Source: Auanema rhodensis (taxonomy: Eukaryota > Animalia > Nematoda). Taken from it: 64,000 nt of DNA. Below are positions 55,261 to 64,000 of this stretch, one piece after another; within the stretch, counting starts at the first letter, position 1; each line of letters begins with the position of its first letter. A model generated the notes under the pieces. The model was not told the DNA's origin. It ran no database searches and saw only the letters and a program-made list of their open reading frames with translations. The DNA is taken from assembly GCA_964057225.1 (NCBI GenBank), contig OZ059898.1:3038001-3102000 (forward strand), written 5' to 3'. Position numbers and translations under genes: made by a program.

Positions 55261-56757
55261 TATAGTGCATTCGATGCGGATTTTTAAGCTGCGTCGATAT
55301 GTGTTATCAGATTTGCGCTAGCTTAAAAATGCACCGAGATATCAACTGATATAAGTTCACACTTATATCCTCGATTTTCACCCTGAAGAAATAATTTTTT
55401 TGTTGAATAACATTGTCTATCGTCTTTGCCTTGAAAAATGGAATCTAAAAACATCTACTTTTTGCTAAATTATTTTGAAATTTTTCGAAAAAATTTTTGT
55501 CAAAATGTTTTTGGAAGCAATGTTGAGTGTACATGGAAACTCAACATACACTAATGCATCATTTTTCAAACGATCATAACTAATTTTTGTATCAAGCGTT
55601 TTTCAATGTAGTATAGTGCATTCGATGCGGATTTTTAAGCTGCGTCGATCTGTGTTATCAGATTTGCGCTAGCTTAAAAATGCACCGAGATATCAACTGA
55701 TACAAGTTCACACTTATATCCTCGATTTTCACCCTGAAGAAATAATTTTTTCGTTGAATAACATTGTCTATCGTCTTTGCCTTGAAAAATGGAATCTAAA
55801 AACATCTACTTTTTGCTAAATTATTTTGAAATTTTTCGAAAAAATTTTTGTCAAAATGTTTTTGGAAACAATGTTGAGTGTACATGGAAACTCAACATAC
55901 ACTAATGCATCATTTTTCAAACGATCATAACTAATTTTTGTATCAAGCTTTTCTCAATGTAGTATAGTGCATTCGATGCGGATTTTTAAGCTGCGTCGAT
56001 ATGTGTTATCAGATTTGCGCTAGCTTAAAAATGCACCGAGATATCAACTGATATAAGTTCACACTTATATCCTCGATTTTCACCCTGAAGAATTAACTTT
56101 TTCGTTGAATAACATTGTCTATCGTCTTTGCCTTGAAAAATGGAATCTAAAAACATCTACTTTTTGCTAAATTATTTTGAAATTTTTCGAAAAAATTTTT
56201 GTCAAAATGTTTTTGGAAGCAATGTTGAGTGTACATGGAAACTCAACATACACTAATGCATCATTTTTCAAACGATCATAACTAATTTTTGTATTAAGCT
56301 TTTCTCAATGTAGTATAGTGCATTCGATGCGGATTTTTAAGCTGCGTCGATCTGTGTTATCAGATTTGCGCTAGCTTAAAAATGCACCGAGATATCAACT
56401 GATATAAGTTCACACTTATATCCTCGATTTTCACCCTGAAGAATTAACTTTTTCGTTGAATAACATTGTCTATCGTCTTTGCCTTGAAAAATGGAATCTA
56501 AAAACATCTACTTTTTGGTAAACTATTTTGAAATTTTTCGAAAAAATTTTTGTCAAAATGTTTTTGGAAGCAATGTTGAGTGTACATGGAAACTCAACAT
56601 ACACTAATGCATCATTTTTCAAACGATCATAACTTATTTTTGTATCAAGCGTTTCTCAATGTAGTATAGTGCATTCGATCCGGATTTTTAAGCTGCGTCG
56701 ATCTGTGTTATCAGATTTGCGCTAGCTTAAAAATGCACCGAGATATCAACTGATATA

Positions 56758-58855
56758 AGTTCACACTTATATCCTCGATTTTCACCCTGAAGAAATAATT
56801 TTTTCGTTGAATAACATTGTCTATCGTCTTTGCCTTGAAAAATGGAATCTAAAAACATCTACTTTTTGCTAAATTATTTTGAAATTTTTCGAAAAAATTT
56901 TTGTCAAAATGTTTTTGGAAACAATGTTGAGTGTACATGGAAACTCAACATACACTAATGCATCATTTTTCAAACGATCATAACTAATTTTTGTATCAAG
57001 CTTTTCTCAATGTAGTATAGTGCATTCGATGCGGATTTTTAAGCTGCGTCGATATGTGTTATCAGATTTGCGCTAGCTTAAAAATGCACCGAGATATCAA
57101 CTGATATAAGTTCACACTTATATCCTCGATTTTCACCCTGAAGAATTAACTTTTTCGTTGAATAACATTGTCTATCGTCTTTGCCTTGAAAAATGGAATC
57201 TAAAAACATCTACTTTTTGCTAAATTATTTTGAAATTTTTCGAAAAAATTTTTGTCAAAATGTTTTTGGAAGCAATGTTGAGTGTACATGGAAACTCAAC
57301 ATACACTAATGCATCATTTTTCAAACGATCATAACTAATTTTTGTATTAAGCTTTTCTCAATGTAGTATAGTGCATTCGATGCGGATTTTTAAGCTGCGT
57401 CGATCTGTGTTATCAGATTTGCGCTAGCTTAAAAATGCACCGAGATATCAACTGATATAAGTTCACACTTATATCCTCGATTTTCACCCTGAAGAATTAA
57501 CTTTTTCGTTGAATAACATTGTCTATCGTCTTTGCCTTGAAAAATGGAATCTAAAAACATCTACTTTTTGGTAAACTATTTTGAAATTTTTCGAAAAAAT
57601 TTTTGTCAAAATGTTTTTGGAAGCAATGTTGAGTGTACATGGAAACTCAACATACACTAATGCATCATTTTTCAAACGATCATAACTTATTTTTGTATCA
57701 AGCGTTTCTCAATGTAGTATAGTGCATTCGATCCGGATTTTTAAGCTGCGTCGATCTGTGTTATCAGATTTGCGCTAGCTTAAAAATGCACCGAGATATC
57801 AACTGATATAAGTTCACACTTATATCCTCGATTTTCACCCTGAAGAATTAATTTTTTCGTTGAATAACATTGTCCATCGTCTTTGCCTTGAAAAAAGGAA
57901 TCTAAAAACATCTACTTTTTGCTAAATTATTTTGAAATTTTCCGAAAAAATTTTTGTCAAAATGTTTTTGGAAGCAATGTTGAGTGTACATGGAAACTCA
58001 ACATACACTAATGCATCATTTTTCAAACGATCATAACTAATTTTTGTATTAAGCTTTTCTCAATGTAGTATAGTGCATTCGATGCGGATTTTTAAGCTGC
58101 GTCGATCTGTGTTATCAGATTTGCGCTAGCTTAAAAATGCACCGAGATATCAACTGATATAAGTTCACACTTATATCCTCGATTTTCACCCTGAAGAATT
58201 AACTTTTTCGTTGAATAACATTGTCTATCGTCTTTGCCTTGAAAAATGGAATCTAAAAACATCTACTTTTTGGTAAACTATTTTGAAATTTTTCGAAAAA
58301 ATTTTTGTCAAAATGTTTTTGGAAGCAATGTTGAGTGTACATGGAAACTCAACATACACTAATGCATCATTTTTCAAACGATCATAACTAATTTTTGTAT
58401 CAAGCGTTTCTCAATGTATTATAGTGCATTCGATCCGGATTTTTAAGCTGCGTCGATCTGTGTTATCAGATTTGCGCTAGCTTAAAAATGCACCGAGATA
58501 TCAACTGATATAAGTTCACACTTATATCCTCGATTTTCACCCTGAAGAATTAATTTTTTTGTTGAATAACATTGTCCATCGTCTTTGCCTTGAAAAAAGG
58601 AATCTAAAAACATCTACTTTTTGCTAAATTATTTTGAAATTTTCCGAAAAAATTTTTGTCAAAATGTTTTTGGAAGCAATGTTGAGTGTACATGGAAACT
58701 CAACATACACTAATGCATCATTTTTCAAACGATCATAACTAATTTTTGTATTAAGCGTTTTTCAATGTAGTATAGTGCAATCGATGCGGATTTTTAAACT
58801 GCGTCGATCTGTGTTATCAGATTTGCGCTAGCTTAAAAATGCACCGAGATATCAA
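56758..58855 (+). repeat. Six-monomer block copied at 18-monomer distance (partner ~50440-52537, spacing 6318 bp)
   Basis: AACTTATTT 51370/57688, TGTATTATAG 52101/58419, TTAAACTG 52480/58798. Confidence 0.8.
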
Positions 58856-61800
58856 ATGATATAAGTTCACACTTATATCCTCGATTTTCATCCTGAAGAA
58901 TTAATTTTTTCGTTGAATAACGTTGTCCATCGTCTTTGCCTTGGAAAATCGAATCTAAAAACATCTACTTTTCGCTAAATTATTTTGAAATTTTTCGAAA
59001 AAATTTTTGTCAAAATGTTTTTGGAAGCAATGTTGAGTGTACATGGAAACTCAACATACACTAATGCATCATTTTTCAAACGATCATAACTAATTTTTGT
59101 ATCACGCGTTTTTCAATGTAGTATAGTGCATTCGATGCGGATTTTTAAGCTGCGTCGATCTGTGTTATCAGATTTGCGCTAGCTTAAAAATGCACCGAGA
59201 TATCAACTGATACAAGTTCACACTTATATCCTCGATTTTCACCCTGAAGAAATAATTTTTTCGTTGAATAACATTGTCCATCGTCTTTGCCTTGAAAAAA
59301 GGACTTTCAAAACATCTACTTTTTGCTAAATTATTTTGAAATTTTTCGAAAAAATTTTTGTCAAAATGTTTTTGGAAGCAATGTTGAGTGTACATGGAAA
59401 CTCAACATACACTAATGCATCATTTTTCAAACGATCATAACTAATTTTTGTATCAAGCGTTTTTCAATGTAGTATAGTGCATTCGATGCGGATTTTTAAG
59501 CTGCGTCGATCTGTGTTATCAGATTTGCGCTAGCTTAAAAATGCACCGAGATATCAACTGATACAAGTTCACACTTATATCCTCGATTTTCACCCTGAAG
59601 AAATAATTTTTTCGTTGAATAACATTGTCCATCGTCTTTGCCTTGAAAAAAGGATTTTAAAAACATCTACTTTTTGCTAAATTATTCTGAAATTTTCCGA
59701 AAAAATTTTTGTCAAAATGTTTTTGGAAGCAATGTTGAGTGTACATGGAAACTCAACATACACTAATGCATCATTTTTCAAACGATCATAACTAATTTTT
59801 GTATTAAGCGTTTTTTAATGTAGTATAGTGCATTCGATCCGGATTTTTAAGCTGCGTCGATCTGTGTTATCAGATTTGCGCTAGCTTAAAAATGCACCGA
59901 GATATCAACTGATATAAGTTCACACTTATATCCTCGATTTTCACCCTGAAGAAATAATTTTTTCGTTGAATAACATTGTCCATCGTCTTTGCCTTGAAAA
60001 ATCAAATCTAAAAACATCTACTTTTCGCTAAATTATTTTGAAATTTTTCGAAAAAATTTTTGTCAAAATGTTTTTGGAAGCAATGTTGAGTGTACATGGA
60101 AACTCAACATACACTAATGCATCATTTTTCAAACGATCATAACTAATTTTTGTATCAAGCGTTTTTCAATGTAGTAGAGTGCATTCGATGCGGATTTTTA
60201 AGCTGCGTCGATCTGTGTTATCAGATTTGCGCTAGCTTAAAAATGCACCGAGATATCAACTGATATAAGTTCACACTTATATCCTCGATTTTCACCCTGA
60301 AGAATTAACTTTTTCGTTGAATAACATTGTCTATCGTCTTTGCCTTGAAAAATGGAATCTAAAAACATCTACTTTTTGGTAAACTATTTTGAAATTTTTC
60401 GAAAAAATTTTTGTCAAAATGTTTTTGGAAGCAATGTTGAGTGTACATGGAAACTCAACATACACTAATGCATCATTTTTCAAACGATCATAACTAATTT
60501 TTGTATCAAGCGTTTCTCAATGTATTATAGTGCATTCGATCCGGATTTTTAAGCTGCGTCGATCTGTGTTATCAGATTTGCGCTAGCTTAAAAATGCACC
60601 GAGATATCAACTGATATAAGTTCACACTTATATCCTCGATTTTCACCCTGAAGAATTAATTTTTTCGTTGAATAACATTGTCCATCGTCTTTGCCTTGAA
60701 AAATGGAATCTAAAAACATTTACTCTTTGCTAAATTATCTTGAAATTTTTCGAAAAAATTTTTGTCAAAATGTTTTTGGAAGCAATGTTGAGTGTACATG
60801 GAAACTCAACATACACTAATGCATCATTTTTCAAACGATCATAACTAATTTTTGTATTAAGCGTTTTTCAATGTAGTATAGTGCAATCGATGCGGATTTT
60901 TAAACTGCGTCGATCTGTGTTATCAGATTTGCGCTAGCTTAAAAATGCACCGAGATATCAAATGATATAAGTTCACACTTATATCCTCGATTTTCACCCT
61001 GAAGAATTAACTTTTTCGTTGAATAACATTGTCTATCGTCTTTGCCTTGAAAAATGGAATCTAAAAACATCTACTTTTTGGTAAACTATTTTGAAATTTT
61101 TCGAAAAAATTTTTGTCAAAATGTTTTTGGAAGCAATGTTGAGTGTACATGGAAACTCAACATACACTAATGCATCATTTTTCAAACGATCATAACTAAT
61201 TTTTGTATCAAGCGTTTCTCAATGTATTATAGTGCATTCGATCCGGATTTTTAAGCTGCGTCGATCTGTGTTATCAGATTTGCGCTAGCTTAAAAATGCA
61301 CCGAGATATCAACTGATATAAGTTCACACTTATATCCTCGATTTTCACCCTGAAGAATTAATTTTTTCGTTGAATAACATTGTCCATCGTCTTTGCCTTG
61401 AAAAATGGAATCTAAAAACATTTACTCTTTGCTAAATTATCTTGAAATTTTTCGAAAAAATTTTTGTCAAAATGTTTTTGGAAGCAATGTTGAGTGTACA
61501 TGGAAACTCAACATACACTAATGCATCATTTTTCAAACGATCATAACTAATTTTTGTATTAAGCGTTTTTCAATGTAGTATAGTGCAATCGATGCGGATT
61601 TTTAAACTGCGTCGATCTGTGTTATCAGATTTGCGCTAGCTTAAAAATGCACCGAGATATCAAATGATATAAGTTCACACTTATATCCTCGATTTTCACC
61701 CTGAAGAATTAATTTTTTCGTTGAATAACATTGTCCATCGTCTTTGCCTTGAAAAAAGGAATCTAAAAACATCTATTTTTTGCTAAATTATTTTGAAATT

Positions 61801-64000
61801 TTCCGAAAAAATTTTTGTCAAAATGTTTTTGGAAGCAATGTTGAGTGTACATGGAAACTCAACATACACTAATGCATCATTTTTCAAACGATCATAACTA
61901 ATTTTTGTATTAAGCTTTTCTCAATGTAGTATAGTGCATTCGATGCGGATTTTTAAGCTGCGTCGATCTGTGTTATCAGATTTGCGCTAGCTTAAAAATG
62001 CACCGAGATATCAACTGATATAAGTTCACACTTATATCCTCGATTTTCACCCTGAAGAATTAACTTTTTCGTTGAATAACATTGTCTATCGTCTTTGCCT
62101 TGAAAAATGGAATCTAAAAACATCTACTTTTTGGTAAACTATTTTGAAATTTTTCGAAAAAATTTTTGTCAAAATGTTTTTGGAAGCAATGTTGAGTGTA
62201 CATGGAAACTCAACATACACTAATGCATCATTTTTCAAACGATCATAACTAATTTTTGTATCAAGCGTTTCTCAATGTATTATAGTGCATTCGATCCGGA
62301 TTTTTAAGCTGCGTCGATCTGTGTTATCAGATTTGCGCTAGCTTAAAAATGCACCGAGATATCAACTGATATAAGTTCACACTTATATCCTCGATTTTCA
62401 CCCTGAAGAATTAATTTTTTTGTTGAATAACATTGTCCATCGTCTTTGCCTTGAAAAAAGGAATCTAAAAACATCTACTTTTTGCTAAATTATTTTGAAA
62501 TTTTCCGAAAAAATTTTTGTCAAAATGTTTTTGGAAGCAATGTTGAGTGTACATGGAAACTCAACATACACTAATGCATCATTTTTCAAACGATCATAAC
62601 TAATTTTTGTATTAAGCGTTTTTCAATGTAGTATAGTGCAATCGATGCGGATTTTTAAACTGCGTCGATCTGTGTTATCAGATTTGCGCTAGCTTAAAAA
62701 TGCACCGAGATATCAAATGATATAAGTTCACACTTATATCCTCGATTTTCATCCTGAAGAATTAATTTTTTCGTTGAATAACGTTGTCCATCGTCTTTGC
62801 CTTGGAAAATCGAATCTAAAAACATCTACTTTTCGCTAAATTATTTTGAAATTTTTCGAAAAAATTTTTGTCAAAATGTTTTTGGAAGCAATGTTGAGTG
62901 TACATGGAAACTCAACATACACTAATGCATCATTTTTCAAACGATCATAACTAATTTTTGTATCACGCGTTTTTCAATGTAGTATAGTGCATTCGATGCG
63001 GATTTTTAAGCTGCGTCGATCTGTGTTATCAGATTTGCGCTAGCTTAAAAATGCACCGAGATATCAACTGATACAAGTTCACACTTATATCCTCGATTTT
63101 CACCCTGAAGAAATAATTTTTTCGTTGAATAACATTGTCCATCGTCTTTGCCTTGAAAAAAGGACTTTCAAAACATCTACTTTTTGCTAAATTATTTTGA
63201 AATTTTTCGAAAAAATTTTTGTCAAAATGTTTTTGGAAGCAATGTTGAGTGTACATGGAAACTCAACATACACTAATGCATCATTTTTCAAACGATCATA
63301 ACTAATTTTTGTATCAAGCGTTTTTCAATGTAGTATAGTGCATTCGATGCGGATTTTTAAGCTGCGTCGATCTGTGTTATCAGATTTGCGCTAGCTTAAA
63401 AATGCACCGAGATATCAACTGATACAAGTTCACACTTATATCCTCGATTTTCACCCTGAAGAAATAATTTTTTCGTTGAATAACATTGTCCATCGTCTTT
63501 GCCTTGAAAAAAGGATTTTAAAAACATCTACTTTTTGCTAAATTATTCTGAAATTTTCCGAAAAAATTTTTGTCAAAATGTTTTTGGAAGCAATGTTGAG
63601 TGTACATGGAAACTCAACATACACTAATGCATCATTTTTCAAACGATCATAACTAATTTTTGTATTAAGCGTTTTTTAATGTAGTATAGTGCATTCGATC
63701 CGGATTTTTAAGCTGCGTCGATCTGTGTTATCAGATTTGCGCTAGCTTAAAAATGCACCGAGATATCAACTGATATAAGTTCACACTTATATCCTCGATT
63801 TTCACCCTGAAGAAATAATTTTTTCGTTGAATAACATTGTCCATCGTCTTTGCCTTGAAAAATCAAATCTAAAAACATCTACTTTTCGCTAAATTATTTT
63901 GAAATTTTTCGAAAAAATTTTTGTCAAAATGTTTTTGGAAGCAATGTTGAGTGTACATGGAAACTCAACATACACTAATGCATCATTTTTCAAACGATCA
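57916..64000 (+). repeat. 11-monomer-spaced duplication (3861 bp): 57916-60139 repeated at 61777-64000, running off the window end
   Basis: TTTTTTTGTTG 58560/62421, AACGTTG 58922/62783, TCACGCG 59105/62966, GGACTTTC 59304/63165, ATTCTG 59687/63548, ATCAAATC 60004/63865. Identical ORFs at 59168/63029. Confidence 0.92.
60265..61710 (+). repeat. 2-monomer duplication (702 bp) nested in the 11-mer
   Basis: The three-substitution cluster CATTTACTCTTTGCTAAATTATCTTG occurs at 60720-60739 and 61422-61441. Confidence 0.9.

Larger units (their letters stand above)
1..64000 (+). repeat. Satellite DNA array, 351-bp monomer, ~182.4 copies, head-to-tail, extends beyond both window edges
   Basis: The motif AAAAACATCTACTTTT recurs at 1, 351, 701, 1052, 1403, 1754, 2104, 2454, 2805 ... 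63871. 63870 = 182x351 - 12, which matches the indels I counted: ten 1-bp G deletions, -2 at ~13601, -1 at ~19250, +3 at ~28021, -1 at ~48380, -1 at ~49432. Monomers differ at only a handful of sites. First monomer: 108/350 G+C. Confidence 0.99.

Noticed and set aside
59168-63256. Two 75-aa minus-strand ORFs (MYTQHCFQKH...)
   Set aside because: They are chance read-through created by the GGACTTTC and GATACA variants and copied by the 3861-bp duplication. There is no evidence of coding function.
1-64000. CRISPR array suggested by regularly spaced palindromic repeats
   Set aside because: There are no unique spacers, since the whole 351 bp repeats, and no cas genes.
1-64000. Tandem RNA-gene cluster (5S rRNA, tRNA, snRNA, spliced leader)
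   Set aside because: I recognise no 5S, tRNA cloverleaf/A-B box, or SL/Sm-site arrangement. An Rfam/Infernal scan of the doubled consensus would settle it.
1-64000. A single array-wide fixed HOR
   Set aside because: Marker spacings change every few kb (2, 3, 4, 5, 8, 11, 18 monomers), and no unit repeats more than about four times.

Overview
The whole 64 kb window is one uninterrupted, head-to-tail, single-orientation tandem array (satellite DNA) of a 351-bp AT-rich monomer (~31% GC by hand count). It holds 182 complete monomers plus a 130-bp partial copy (last monomer starts at 63871). I find no genes, RNA genes, CRISPR arrays, inserted transposons or inversions. The listed ORFs are read-through by-products of monomer variants that lose a stop codon. 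Four things are of interest. (1) The monomer is tiled with inverted repeats: four imperfect hairpins plus longer-range complementary 10-mers, possibly built as an ancient ~175-bp dimer. (2) The array is a patchwork of short-lived local higher-order repeats (periods of 2, 3, 4, 5, 8, 11 and 18 monomers) and variant-defined domains. (3) One two-monomer cassette accumulates nested mutations from left to right over 35 kb. (4) Several linked variants restore or create base-pairing in the hairpins, including an apparent G:C->A:T compensatory pair. A eukaryotic (peri)centromeric or heterochromatic satellite, probably from an invertebrate, is my inference. I cannot name the family or species. All spacings come from hand-tracked diagnostic variants, so block boundaries are approximate.
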